64,000 bases of DNA from Frankiaceae bacterium (GTDB lineage Bacteria; Actinomycetota; Actinomycetes; BP-191): positions 130,961 to 194,960 of the forward strand of contig DASZER010000043.1 in the NCBI GenBank assembly GCA_035940575.1, read 5' to 3'. The notes beneath the pieces are model-generated. The model had not been told where the DNA came from. It saw only the letters and a program-made list of their open reading frames with translations, and made no database searches. Positions 24,975 to 34,586 of the stretch are shown here, one piece after another. Position numbers and translations under genes: made by a program. Every line of letters begins with the position of its first letter. Position 1 is the stretch's first letter.

Positions 24975-27059
24975 CTATTCCTCCCACTGCGCGACGGCCA
25001 CGGCGGAGCGCAGGCCGAGTGGCACGAACTCGTCGATCCGCCGGCGCAGCCGCGCGATGCGCGCGCCGCGCCGGGCGTGGTGGTACGCGCCGACCTCGCC
25101 GCCGTCGCTCGCCGCCGTGAGCAGCGGGTGCTCCGGCTCGAGCGAGAGGGCGTAGTAGCCGGCCGCCTCGAACCCTTCCGAGACGAACGTGGGCGCGGGG
25201 AACCGCCAGCAGCGGTACGTCGCCGGGTGCGCCGGCGGGTCGGACAGGGCCGGGCCGAGGTACGAGCTGCGCAGGCACCCCTCCTGGCGCTGCACCACCT
25301 CGACGCCGTCGGCGAACACGCAGTCGACCGCCTCGATCGCGTCCACGCGGACAGGCCCGGCGAACGTCACGCCGTCCGCGTGCAGCACCGGCCCGAACCG
25401 CGTGAGCGCCGCGACCGCGTCCGCGGCGGGACCGCCCGCCGCCGCGTCGCACGGGCGCAGCAGGCGCCGCCGCCCGTCGACGACACAGTCGGTGAGCTCG
25501 ATCGGGAGCGCCCCGAGCTCCGCGCGGATCGGCGCGAGGAAGCAACGCCGCGCGGCGAAGGACAGCTCCCACGCCTGCGGGTCGACCTCGACGCCGAACG
25601 CCGGGTCCATCGTCACGCCGTCGAGCGTCACGGCGCGCGAGCGCGGCCCGAGCAGCAGCCCGCCCGCGAGGTAGAAGCCTTCGAGGCTCACGCACCCGCC
25701 GTCGACGTCGACCGCGAGGTCGCCGACGACGGTGGGCGTGAGCAACGGCGGCGCGACGACCCGCCACCGCACGGCGTTGCCCGCGGTGCCCGTGACGGGC
25801 GCGGCGGCGAGGCGGTCGGAGGTCTCCAGCCGGATCTCGACGTCGGGCACGCCAGGGCGCGAGGAGCCGGCGGCGAGGGTGGGGACGCGGACGAGCGCGA
25901 GGGCGACCGCCTCCGCGAGCGTCGCGACGATCGTGTCGCTCGCCGAGACGGCGGCGGCGGCGGGGTTGACGGTGACGACGATGCGCGCGGCGGGGTCGGC
26001 GTCGGAGCGCGAGACGAGCGCGCCGATGCCGCCCGCGGCGGGGCGGTGCCACGTCGCGCGCAGCGGGCCCGCGAGCCCGCTGCCGAGCTCGACGAGACCG
26101 CGGCCCGGGTCGACGAGCACCTCGCCCGCGGCGGGCGGCGCCGGCGCGGGAACGCCCGGCGGCACGCTGCCGAACCGCACCTTCTCCCACGCGACCGCCG
26201 TCGCGCCGGCGGTGAGCCCGAGCAACGGCGGCACCGCGTCGCCGGGCCGCGTCGCGAGCGGGTGGTCGCCGCTCAGCGCGAGCGAGGCGCCGTACGTCAC
26301 CTGGCCGGGGCCGGCGAGCGCGGCCATCACGTCGTACGTCGCGCGGACCGGCGCGTCGGACTCGTCGCCGGTGCGCGCGCGACCGGCGTCGACGCCGGTG
26401 TCGGACGCGAGCCGCACGGGGCGCGGCTTGAGGTACAGCGGGGCGTGCGCGCCGAGCGGGTGCAGCGCGAACCGCCGCGGGTCGGTCGCCGGGTCGAGCG
26501 GTGCGGCCTCGGTCGCGACGAGCGTCGACACCTGCCACGGCCACACGACCGCGGTGACGGCGCGCGGCGACCAGCGGCCGCCGGGCGTGACGCTGCGACG
26601 CGTGCGCTCGAACGGCGTCCCCACGCGGAACCGCGACCGGTCGCGCAGGTCGAGCGCGGCCGTACGCAGCGGCGGCGGGTGGCCGAGCCGCTGCGCCCAC
26701 AGCGTCACCTGCCACCCCTCGACCGCGCGGGTCGTGAGGCCCGTGACGACCTCGGCGAAGTCCTCCAGCGCGGCGGGCGTGCCCTTGCGGCGGCGCAGCG
26801 CGACGGCGTACGCGACCTCGGTGCGTTCGGCGTCGGGCGGCAGCCCGAGCAGCGAGCCGATGTACGGCACCGCCCAGTCCGCGCAGCTCTCGACGAACAG
26901 GTCGTGCCACAGCGAGTCGACGTCGGCCTCGAGGAGGGCCTGCTGCCGGTCGACCGCCGCGAGCAGCGCGTCGAGCAGCCGCGACGCGTCCGGCTCGTCC
27001 GCCGGCGCGTCGCGTACGGCGGGCGGGAGCCACCGGGCGATCCCCGCGGTCTCGGTCAT
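24975..27059 (-). CDS. P2 gpI-like baseplate/tail protein (Afp12-like)
   Basis: Sub-ORF of track frame 24975..29594 from ATG 27059 (ATGA overlap), 694 aa. The N-terminus RWLPPAVRD...LLDALLAAVDRQQALLEADVDSLWHDLFVESCADWAVPYIGSLLGL fits the tail protein I family pattern. Confidence 0.75.
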   Translation of the reverse strand: MTETAGIARWLPPAVRDAPADEPDASRLLDALLAAVDRQQALLEADVDSLWHDLFVESCADWAVPYIGSLLGLPPDAERTEVAYAVALRRRKGTPAALEDFAEVVTGLTTRAVEGWQVTLWAQRLGHPPPLRTAALDLRDRSRFRVGTPFERTRRSVTPGGRWSPRAVTAVVWPWQVSTLVATEAAPLDPATDPRRFALHPLGAHAPLYLKPRPVRLASDTGVDAGRARTGDESDAPVRATYDVMAALAGPGQVTYGASLALSGDHPLATRPGDAVPPLLGLTAGATAVAWEKVRFGSVPPGVPAPAPPAAGEVLVDPGRGLVELGSGLAGPLRATWHRPAAGGIGALVSRSDADPAARIVVTVNPAAAAVSASDTIVATLAEAVALALVRVPTLAAGSSRPGVPDVEIRLETSDRLAAAPVTGTAGNAVRWRVVAPPLLTPTVVGDLAVDVDGGCVSLEGFYLAGGLLLGPRSRAVTLDGVTMDPAFGVEVDPQAWELSFAARRCFLAPIRAELGALPIELTDCVVDGRRRLLRPCDAAAGGPAADAVAALTRFGPVLHADGVTFAGPVRVDAIEAVDCVFADGVEVVQRQEGCLRSSYLGPALSDPPAHPATYRCWRFPAPTFVSEGFEAAGYYALSLEPEHPLLTAASDGGEVGAYHHARRGARIARLRRRIDEFVPLGLRSAVAVAQWEE

Positions 27060-29587
27060 GCCACCACCTCGGTCACGGTCGAGCCGGGCGCGACGACGAG
27101 CAGCTCGTAGCGGCCGGCGACGAGGCGTTCGACAGGCGGGGCGGACGGCGCGGGGGGCGTGCCCGTCCACAGTCGCAGTGACGTCACGCCCGCGACGCCG
27201 GGCACCGCGTGGACGGCGCCGACGACGTCGGAACGGTCCAGCGCGCGGCCCAGGGAGCGCGCGCGTGGCCCGAGCGGCCCGTCGCCGTCGAGCAGCGCCG
27301 CGCGGACGGCCTCGGGCACGGTCCCGGCCGCGCGGCGCGGGTCGCGCGCGACGGCGAGCGCGACGCACGCCTCGGTCACGGCGCCGGCCGCGACGCAGAG
27401 CGGCACGGTCACGTCGCGGCGCGCGTCGAGGTACGCCGAGAGAGACGTGACCTCGTCGGGCACCGGCGCGCGGACCCCCTGCGCGCCGGCGAAGCGGACG
27501 AACGCCACGTGCAGGCCGGAGCGGCCGCAGGCGCAGCCGGGCGGGCCGTCGCCGTGCCACGCGGCCGTGTGGCTGACGCCGGGGAACGCGAGCGCGAGGT
27601 CGGCGAGGTCGCCCGTCGAGACCGCCCGCCCGAACGCCCGGGCGCGGGCCGGCGCCAGGCCGCGCAGCCGCTCCTCGTCGTCCTGGTCGGCGCCGCCGCT
27701 CGTCGGCCCGACGCCGCCGACGCCGCGCACGCCGCGGATGCTGCCGACGAGCGAGTCGATCGCGCCGGACTCGACCTCGCCGGCGGTGCCGCCGCCGACG
27801 CGGTACGCCGCCGTGACGTTGTTGCGACCGGTGGGCAGCCTGTTGCCGTCGTGCCCGTCGCCGAAGCGCACCGCGACGGCGCCCGTCGCGTCGAGCGTGG
27901 TGGCGTACGCGTCGACGGGGCCGGCGTCGTAGAGCGACGGGCGCTCCGCCCACTCCAGGCCGTCGACGCGGACGACGAGGGTCGAGACGGGCGTGCCGTC
28001 GGGGCCGATGTCGTACGCGACCGGCGACTTCGGCACCGCCATCACCTGGCCGGCGCGGATCGCGTCGCCGCTGCCGAGCGTGCTCGTCGCGGCCGTGCCG
28101 TGCCGGACGCGGACGACGTTGCCGCTGGCCGGCTGCTTGTCCACCGGGCCCGCCGGGCGGCCGTCGAGGAGGTCGACGACGAGGCCGTTCGGGGCGTCGC
28201 CCTGGGCGTCCTCCTGCTGGGCGGACCGCGCGCACTCGAACACCTCCCACACGGGCTCGCCGCCGTCCGGAACGCTGCGCACCGCGACGCGCGGCGGCGC
28301 CTCCGCGGGCGCCGGGTACAGCCGCAGGCGCGCGGGCGCGGGCGCCGGGGGGACGCGCGGCGGGATCGCGTAGTGGCGGGCGAGGACGCGGCGGTCGACG
28401 ACGTACGCCGTCACGGGGCCGCCCCACGTCAGCGCCGGCACCGCCGTGGCGAACTCCAGCCTGGACACCCGCGCGGACGAGCCGGGCGCGATCTCCCACT
28501 CGACGAACGTGTGCCCGGAGATCGTCGCGACGTCGCACGCGCCGCGGCTCCAGTCGACGATCGCGCAGAGCTGCTCCTTGGAGACGTCCTCCAGCGCGGT
28601 GTCGAGGACGACCGACGCGCTCGACGCGCCGGTGGTGATCGCGCCGCCCGTGTAGAGCCCGCCGATCCCCACCGCGGTCGCCGCCGCGTCGGTGAGGCGC
28701 AGCGCGTGGGTGATGCGCCGCGCGGAGCCGGCGGACGCGACGACGCGGTACGCGCCGTAGACCGTCGACGTTCCCGGCAGCAGCGTGTGGAGGTCGCGGT
28801 CGAACGTCACGACGGCGGTGCCGAGCTCGCGCTCGCGCCCCTCGACCACGGTGAGCGCGATCGGGCTGAACGCCGCCGGCTTGCCCCAGTAGTAGTAGAA
28901 GAGCAGCCACGACCACCACGACGACCAGTCGCCGGACGGCACGGGCGCGGCGGGCTGCTCGGACTCGTTCAGCAGGAGGACGCGGTCGCCCGCGCCGAAG
29001 CCGGGGTCGCGCAGGAACCGCAGCTCGCGCCCGGTCGGCGCGGCGGGCTCCGGTACCGGGGTGGCGGTGAGGCTCGCCCAGTCCGCGTGCAGCTCGGTGG
29101 TCTCGGCGACCTCGTACTTCTGGCTCTCGCGCGTGCCGGGCACGGCCGGCGCCTGCACCCGGGTGCCGGCCGGCACGACGGGCGCCGCGCCCTTGTCGGT
29201 GTCGAAGCGCACCCACCCCGCCGCCGCGACGCCCGCGCGCGGGCGGTAGCCGACGAGCGCGGCCAGCCGGCGCAGGTCCGTCCAGTCCGCGGCGGTCGCG
29301 AGGTACGACTCGTTGGCGGTGAGCTCCGCGTACGCCGCGACGGTCTCGGCGACGTAGGCCCAGAGGCGTACGAGGCGCATCGCGCGCGGGTCGCCCTCGA
29401 CGTCCCACGCCGCGCCGAGCGGCCCGCCGTCGGGGCCGCGCACGTGCTCGGTCTCGCGGACGAGGTCCTCGGCGAACGCCGCGAAGTCGCCCGAGCGACG
29501 TCGCAGCCGGGTGAGGCCGGGCGGCGGCGGGACGAGCCCGAGACGCGGGTCGCCGGACGCGCAGGGGCGGCGCGGGTCGCAGCTCAC
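27056..29587 (-). CDS. Baseplate J-like protein (second copy, Afp11-like)
   Basis: Sub-ORF of track frame 27056..32008 from GTG 29587 (GTGA overlap), 843 aa. LVRLWAYVAETVAAYAELTANESYLATAADWTDLRRLAALVGYRPRAGVAA and the C-terminal GGADQDDEERLRGLAPARARAFGRAVSTGDLADLA are J-like hallmarks. Confidence 0.8.
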   Translation of the reverse strand: MSCDPRRPCASGDPRLGLVPPPPGLTRLRRRSGDFAAFAEDLVRETEHVRGPDGGPLGAAWDVEGDPRAMRLVRLWAYVAETVAAYAELTANESYLATAADWTDLRRLAALVGYRPRAGVAAAGWVRFDTDKGAAPVVPAGTRVQAPAVPGTRESQKYEVAETTELHADWASLTATPVPEPAAPTGRELRFLRDPGFGAGDRVLLLNESEQPAAPVPSGDWSSWWSWLLFYYYWGKPAAFSPIALTVVEGRERELGTAVVTFDRDLHTLLPGTSTVYGAYRVVASAGSARRITHALRLTDAAATAVGIGGLYTGGAITTGASSASVVLDTALEDVSKEQLCAIVDWSRGACDVATISGHTFVEWEIAPGSSARVSRLEFATAVPALTWGGPVTAYVVDRRVLARHYAIPPRVPPAPAPARLRLYPAPAEAPPRVAVRSVPDGGEPVWEVFECARSAQQEDAQGDAPNGLVVDLLDGRPAGPVDKQPASGNVVRVRHGTAATSTLGSGDAIRAGQVMAVPKSPVAYDIGPDGTPVSTLVVRVDGLEWAERPSLYDAGPVDAYATTLDATGAVAVRFGDGHDGNRLPTGRNNVTAAYRVGGGTAGEVESGAIDSLVGSIRGVRGVGGVGPTSGGADQDDEERLRGLAPARARAFGRAVSTGDLADLALAFPGVSHTAAWHGDGPPGCACGRSGLHVAFVRFAGAQGVRAPVPDEVTSLSAYLDARRDVTVPLCVAAGAVTEACVALAVARDPRRAAGTVPEAVRAALLDGDGPLGPRARSLGRALDRSDVVGAVHAVPGVAGVTSLRLWTGTPPAPSAPPVERLVAGRYELLVVAPGSTVTEVVA

Positions 29588-32031
29588 GGGCCACCTCGCA
29601 CGACGACCTCGAGCCGCCCGCGGCGCGGCACGGCCGGGTCGTCGTCGAGCACCACGACCTCGTACGGCGCGACGGTGACGACCTGGCGCACGGTGCCGGG
29701 CGGGTCCGACAGCCGGCGCGCCTCGCGCAGCTCGACGGCGTCGACGCCCGGCACCGCGGCGGCGGCCGCGACGACCGAGGAGAGGTAGAGCGCGCCGCCG
29801 AGGTGCATCCGCGAGGAGTGGAACAGCCCCGGCCGCTCGTCGGTGCCCGGCCGCAGCGCGCGCAGGATCGCCGCCCGCACGCGCGCCGGGTCGGAGCCCG
29901 GCACCGCGCAGACGTCGAGCGCGACGAGCAGCCCGACCGGCGTCCCCGGCACGACGGCGACCTCCGAGCCGAGCATGCGTACGTCGTCCAGCAGCGCGCG
30001 CACCCGGTCGACGCGCTCGTCCTCGCCCTCGCGCGGGTCGTCCAGCAGGTCGAGCGCGACGCGTACGAGCGGCCACGAGCCCGACCACGAACGGCGCGCG
30101 GACGCGCGCTGCACGCCCGGCTCGCGGCGCGCGAGCTCGGCGTGGTCGGCGGGCAGGACCGCGCGCCGGGGCACGGCGGCGAACGCCTCCGGGGCGTCGC
30201 GGCGCACGTCGGCCAGCGGAATGGCGTCGCGGCCGCCCGTCGCGACGACCGGGTTGCGCGCCGTCGCGATCTGCGTCCACGACGCCGCGGCGCCGTCGGC
30301 GCCGCCGCCGTCGTCGCGCTCCAGGACGCCGAGGGCGTTGGCGGGGACGTTGCCCGCCGACCCGCCGCCGAGCTCGTACGCCGCCGTGACCCGGCTGCCG
30401 AGCGGGGGCGCCAGGCCGACGGCGCCGGTGCGGAACCGCAGCAGCGGCGGCTCGTCCTCCTCGACGTCGACGACGGCCGCGAGCCGCGCGGGCGGCGCGA
30501 GCAGCAGGTCGGGCAGCACGTCCGCGTCGACCACGGTGCCGGACGGCAGCGTCACGCGGAGGTCGAGCCGGTGCGGCGCGCCGTCCGGCCGCAGGGCGAG
30601 GCCGGCGCCGCCGAAGCGGCGTACGCCCGCGGCCACGAGGCTGTGCTCGCCGTCGCTCGCCGGCGACGTCGGCTGCGGGTCGCGCGGCGCGATCGTCCCG
30701 CTGCCGCGCACGAGCCGCCCGTGGTGGGCGGGCACGAGGTTCGCCCGCGCGACGGTGACCTCGGCGCCGCCCGCGCCGGTGTCGATCCCGACCGGGTACG
30801 CCCGCGCGAGCGCGTCGGCGGCGTCCCAGCGCACGCGCGTCAGGACCATGCCGGCCGGGGCGAGCGGGTCGTCGAGCGGGGCGACCTCGACGAGGCGTAC
30901 GACCTGCGCCGTACGGCTCGGCAGCGGGTCGCGGAACGCCGCCACGCCCCCGTGCGGAGCGGGCCAGTCGGCCGCCCGGCGCGTCCAGTCGCGGTGCCGT
31001 ACGGCGTCGCCGGGGTCGACGACCTCGAAGACCAGCAGCTCTCCGGCGCGCAGCCACGCGTTGCCGAGCGCGTCGGCGGGGCGGGGGCGTACGAGCACGC
31101 ACTCGGTCGCGCCCGCAGGGAGGCAGCAGGCGTCCTCGGACCAGTCGTAGATCGCGATCTCGCCGAGCGCGGCGCGGATCGTGCGCCCCTCCTCCAGCGT
31201 GAACGCCGTCGCGGAGCCGGGCGCCGACGCGGCGACCATGCCGGGCGCCACGTCCAGGTCGGCGGAGCCGGGCGCGGTCGTGACGAGGACCGTCGTCGTC
31301 GCCGACGCGGCCTCCTCGACGGCGAAGTCGACGAGCCGCGCGTGGCGGCGTACGGACGTCCGCAGCCGCGCGGTCTCCAGGTACGCCTCGGTCGCGACGC
31401 GGTCGAGCCGGTAGTGCAGCAGGTCGCCGATGTGCGCGAACAGCTCGAGGACGGTGATCGTCGGGTCCGCGACCGACAGGTCGGCGGAGGGGTCGTCGCG
31501 GCGCAGCATCTCCACGAGCGCGCGGCGCAGCGACGTCCAGTCGCGGGCGAGGTAGTCGTGCACCCCCGACGGCTTGGGCAGGTCGGCCGCCGGCACGTCG
31601 TCGGCGCAGGCCTCGTAGTCGGGGCACTCCGGGCGCAGCCGTACGGGCACCCACGTGCGCAACGGGTCGAACGCCAGCACCGGCGCCGGCGGCTCGGGCG
31701 GCGTCGTGCCGACCGCGGGCAGCACCCGCAGCCGGTAGCGGCCGGTCTCCGGCGCGCCGGCGAGAGTCAGCTCGACGTGCGGCACGGGCAGCGCGACGAC
31801 GGCGGCCGCGGCTACGGCGACGCGCGCGCCGCCCGGCGGCGGGTCGAGCCGCCAGCGCCGCACGTCGGCGAGCTCGGCCGGCGGGTCGCGGAACAGGTAC
31901 ACGTCGACGATCCGCGTGGTCCCGGACAGGCGCGTGCCGGCGCCGCGCAGCGCGTGGGCCGGCGCGCCGGCGGCGAGCAGCCGCGCCGGGCGGTGGACCG
32001 GAGGGCACGTGGGCTCGAACGACGTCGTCAC
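29584..32031 (-). CDS. Baseplate J-like protein (putative baseplate assembly protein)
   Basis: 815 aa, ATGA overlap with the gp25-like stop. DYLARDWTSLRRALVEMLRRDDPSADLSVADPTITVLELFAHIGDLLHYRLDRVATEAYLETARLRTSVRRHARLVDF. Confidence 0.8.
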   Translation of the reverse strand: MTTSFEPTCPPVHRPARLLAAGAPAHALRGAGTRLSGTTRIVDVYLFRDPPAELADVRRWRLDPPPGGARVAVAAAAVVALPVPHVELTLAGAPETGRYRLRVLPAVGTTPPEPPAPVLAFDPLRTWVPVRLRPECPDYEACADDVPAADLPKPSGVHDYLARDWTSLRRALVEMLRRDDPSADLSVADPTITVLELFAHIGDLLHYRLDRVATEAYLETARLRTSVRRHARLVDFAVEEAASATTTVLVTTAPGSADLDVAPGMVAASAPGSATAFTLEEGRTIRAALGEIAIYDWSEDACCLPAGATECVLVRPRPADALGNAWLRAGELLVFEVVDPGDAVRHRDWTRRAADWPAPHGGVAAFRDPLPSRTAQVVRLVEVAPLDDPLAPAGMVLTRVRWDAADALARAYPVGIDTGAGGAEVTVARANLVPAHHGRLVRGSGTIAPRDPQPTSPASDGEHSLVAAGVRRFGGAGLALRPDGAPHRLDLRVTLPSGTVVDADVLPDLLLAPPARLAAVVDVEEDEPPLLRFRTGAVGLAPPLGSRVTAAYELGGGSAGNVPANALGVLERDDGGGADGAAASWTQIATARNPVVATGGRDAIPLADVRRDAPEAFAAVPRRAVLPADHAELARREPGVQRASARRSWSGSWPLVRVALDLLDDPREGEDERVDRVRALLDDVRMLGSEVAVVPGTPVGLLVALDVCAVPGSDPARVRAAILRALRPGTDERPGLFHSSRMHLGGALYLSSVVAAAAAVPGVDAVELREARRLSDPPGTVRQVVTVAPYEVVVLDDDPAVPRRGRLEVVVRGGP

Positions 32032-32393
32032 GGCTCGGCCCGCACGTCGACCGTCGCGGGCGCCCCGGCGGGCTTGAGGCGGTACGTCACCTGCGCGTGC
32101 AGCGTCGACTCGGCGTCGCGCCGTACCGTCACCGACTCCACGTGCACGCGGTCGCCGAGCGCCTGGTCGAGCGACCCGCGCGCGCGGACCTCGACGACGT
32201 TGAGCAGCGCGTCGTGCAACGGCTCGAACAGCGTCGACGCGCCCAGCCCCGCGCCGAAGCCGGGGCGGTGCAGCCGCTCCCCGGCGCCCGTCAGCAGCAC
32301 GAGGCGTACGAGGTCCGCGACGTGGCGTTCGACGTCGGCGTCGGCGAGTTGGCGGGCGGGGGTCAACCGGTACGGGTGGCGGGCGGGGTTCAC
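32028..32393 (-). CDS. GPW/gp25-like baseplate wedge protein
   Basis: Sub-ORF of track ORF 32028..32549 from GTG 32393 (GTGA overlap), 121 aa. DVERHVADLVRLVLLTGAGERLHRPGFGAGL matches the gp25 lysozyme-like family pattern. Confidence 0.8.
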   Translation of the reverse strand: MNPARHPYRLTPARQLADADVERHVADLVRLVLLTGAGERLHRPGFGAGLGASTLFEPLHDALLNVVEVRARGSLDQALGDRVHVESVTVRRDAESTLHAQVTYRLKPAGAPATVDVRAEP

Positions 32394-32722
32394 TGACCGC
32401 GCACCTTCGTCTGGTAGCCGCTGACCGTCGCCGGCCCCTGCGGCACCTGGGCGGCGTTGACGCAGAGCCCGACCGACGACGACAGCAGCACCGGCCGGCC
32501 CTGCGCCTTCACCCGCGTCGCCGGCATCTGCCAGCGGACGAGGACGCACGGCGACGGCGCGCCGCTGACGTTGAACGCGCAGCCGGCGACAGTGGTCACG
32601 TCGTCGGCGCAGGCGACGACCTTGCCGCCGACCTTGACGCGGACCGCGGTCGGCACGAGCGAGCCGCTGCCGCCGTGCGGGCAGGTGATCGTCATGCCCT
32701 GGTGGAGGAGGTAGCCGGGCAT
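32390..32722 (-). CDS. PAAR-like / DUF4280-like spike-tip protein
   Basis: Sub-ORF of track ORF 32390..33091 from ATG 32722, 110 aa: MPGYLLHQGMTITCPHGGSGSLVPTAVRVKVGGKVVACADDVTTVAGCAFNV... A small Cys-containing beta-rich protein in the slot between spike and gp25. Confidence 0.6.
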   Translation of the reverse strand: MPGYLLHQGMTITCPHGGSGSLVPTAVRVKVGGKVVACADDVTTVAGCAFNVSGAPSPCVLVRWQMPATRVKAQGRPVLLSSSVGLCVNAAQVPQGPATVSGYQTKVRGQ

Positions 32723-33207
32723 CAGCTCACCTCCAGCGCGCCGTCGTTGACCGAGACCGACGAGCGCGTGACCGCGATCTTCATGGCGCCGAACTCCACG
32801 CGGACGCCGTCCTTGTCGAGCGCCACGAGCGCGCCCGACGCGGCGGTCAGCTCGATCGCCTCGCTGCCGCTCTCGTCCTTGAGCTCGACCTTGTTGCCGG
32901 CAGGGGTCAGCAGCACGACGCTGTCCGGGCCCGCGCCGGGGACGCCCTCGCCGTTGGCCCACGCCGCGCCGGACCAGACGGGCACGCGCGTCACGTCGCC
33001 CGCCGGCCACTCGACGTGGACCAGCGCGCCGACCGGCGGCACGGCCGCGAGCCCGACGCCGGAGCCGGCGTACGGCGTCGACGGCTGGCACCAGCCCGTC
33101 GTCTCGTCGCCGAGGATCTCCGGCACCTTCGCGCGCACCCGCGACAGCCCGAGCGGGTCGTCGTTGTCGACGACCGTGCCGGGGTAGCGGCCGAGGAAGC
33201 GGTCCAT
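32722..33207 (-). CDS. gpV/gp5-like OB-fold spike protein (baseplate assembly protein V)
   Basis: Sub-ORF of track frame 32722..34821 from ATG 33207, 161 aa. RYPGTVVDNDDPLGLSRVRAKVPEILGDETTGWCQPSTPYAG is the classic gp5/VgrG OB-fold motif. Confidence 0.8.
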   Translation of the reverse strand: MDRFLGRYPGTVVDNDDPLGLSRVRAKVPEILGDETTGWCQPSTPYAGSGVGLAAVPPVGALVHVEWPAGDVTRVPVWSGAAWANGEGVPGAGPDSVVLLTPAGNKVELKDESGSEAIELTAASGALVALDKDGVRVEFGAMKIAVTRSSVSVNDGALEVS

Positions 33208-34301
33208 CAGAGCAGGCCTCCCAGGAGGCCGCCGCCGCCGAACGGCTCGTCGCCGGAGACGCCGAGAGCGTTGCGGCGCAACGAGATCTGCTGCTTGTGC
33301 GACGACATCGTCACGACGTGCTGGACCTTGTCGACGAGGTAGCGGCCGGACAGCGTCTCGCCGAGGCCGCGGACCAGCAGCGGCCGGCGGGCGCGGACGA
33401 GCAGGCCGGACTCGTCGGTGTCGATCTCGGCGGTGAGCGTCACCGAGTACGCCGTCCGCCGCGCCACCGACGTCGCCGCCTCGGCCGGCTCCACCTCGCC
33501 GAACACGTCGGTCGGCGCGAGCAGCGTCGCGACCTGGCCGCCGAGCGCGTTCGCCCCCTGCGCCTCGTCGGTGCCGTCGGCGTCGCCCTGCGCGACGCTC
33601 GCCGACAGCGGCGGCAGCCGCCGCGCGGTGACGCGTTCGCCCGCGAGCAGGTCGGCGCGCACCGTCGCGCGCGGGCCGTGGCCGCCGTACGCCAGCGACA
33701 GCTCGCCCTGCGGGTCGGCGAGCGGGTCGAGCGGGTGGAAGTGCCCGGTCACGACGCCGGGTTCGTCGGACTCGAGGTACGCCGCGTAGCCCCACTTGTC
33801 GGCAAGCGCGCGGACGAACGCCCAGTCCGTCGCGCGCTGCATCACGACGTGCACGTCGGGCTCCGCGGCGGCGGCGGTGTCCTCGACGTCGGGCGTGAGG
33901 CCGTACGTCCCGAAGATCGCGCTCGCGATGTCGCTGTCGCTGACGCCGGGCCAGGCGACGGTGCGTTCCTCGGCGTCGAGCTCGGCGACGCGGTCGAGAG
34001 CCTTCACCGTGATCCGCGACGCGCCCTGGCTGTCCACCTCCCACGTCGCCTCGCTGGAGTAGCCGTCGAACCGGTACGTCACGTCGTCCCGCGTCAGCGC
34101 GACCGCGACGGGCGTGCGCGGCGTCGCGAGCGGGTCGAGCAGGCTGCACCACTCCCCCTCCGGCGTCGCCTCCAGGCGAGCGACGAGCGTGAGCGCGTCG
34201 GCCTCGGCCGTGGCCTCCTCGACGCGCAGCTCGATGAGCGCTTCGAGCTCCTCGACGGTCACCTCGGTGCCGTCGATCTCCAGCAGCAGCATCGTCGGCA
34301 T
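33207..34301 (-). CDS. Phage late control gpD-like protein (VgrG N-terminal module)
   Basis: Sub-ORF of track ORF 33207..34397 from ATG 34301, 364 aa. QRATDWAFVRALADKWGYAAYLE and SGRYLVDKVQHVVTMSSHKQQISLRRNAL are typical gpD family motifs. Confidence 0.8.
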   Translation of the reverse strand: MPTMLLLEIDGTEVTVEELEALIELRVEEATAEADALTLVARLEATPEGEWCSLLDPLATPRTPVAVALTRDDVTYRFDGYSSEATWEVDSQGASRITVKALDRVAELDAEERTVAWPGVSDSDIASAIFGTYGLTPDVEDTAAAAEPDVHVVMQRATDWAFVRALADKWGYAAYLESDEPGVVTGHFHPLDPLADPQGELSLAYGGHGPRATVRADLLAGERVTARRLPPLSASVAQGDADGTDEAQGANALGGQVATLLAPTDVFGEVEPAEAATSVARRTAYSVTLTAEIDTDESGLLVRARRPLLVRGLGETLSGRYLVDKVQHVVTMSSHKQQISLRRNALGVSGDEPFGGGGLLGGLL

Positions 34302-34585
34302 CAGGCCCCCTCGCGCCCGGGAAGGTCGACGCGCTGGCCGGGACGTTCGAGCCGCGTCGCGTCGTGCCACGGGTTGGCGTCGGCGAGGCGCCACCACTGC
34401 GTGCTGTCACCGGCGGCGGCGTGGGCGAGCAGGTCGAGCCGGTCGCCGGCGCGGACGTCGTAGCCGCCGGTCGCGACCTCCGGCGCGGGCACGACGCGCG
34501 GCGCGGACAGCGTGATCGGCGTGCCGTCGGCGGCCGTCGACGTGACGGTCGGCTGCGTCGCGTAGCGGGACTTGGCGTCGTACAC
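34301..34585 (-). CDS. LysM-like tail protein (P2 gpX-like)
   Basis: 94 aa, GTG start. YDVRAGDRLDLLAHAAAGDSTQWWRLADANPW resembles the LysM/tail protein X motif. Confidence 0.6.
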   Translation of the reverse strand: MYDAKSRYATQPTVTSTAADGTPITLSAPRVVPAPEVATGGYDVRAGDRLDLLAHAAAGDSTQWWRLADANPWHDATRLERPGQRVDLPGREGA

Positions 34586-34586
34586 G

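Noticed and set aside
22351-27033. 1560-aa minus-strand ORF, together with other very long ORFs over the eCIS region such as 23514..27110 (+), 27209..29788 (+), 29803..32424 (+) and 35065..37884 (+)
   Set aside because: Their translations are dominated by Arg/Ala/Gly/Pro runs with no recognisable motifs. This is typical of off-frame or antisense reading of high-GC coding DNA. The alternative frames give clear baseplate, sheath and ATPase motifs plus coupled start/stop junctions.
34301-34585. Calling this ORF a peptidoglycan-binding LysM protein with lytic function
   Set aside because: The match is to the short gpX/LysM-like motif only, and no catalytic domain is present, so only a structural tail-protein role is proposed.
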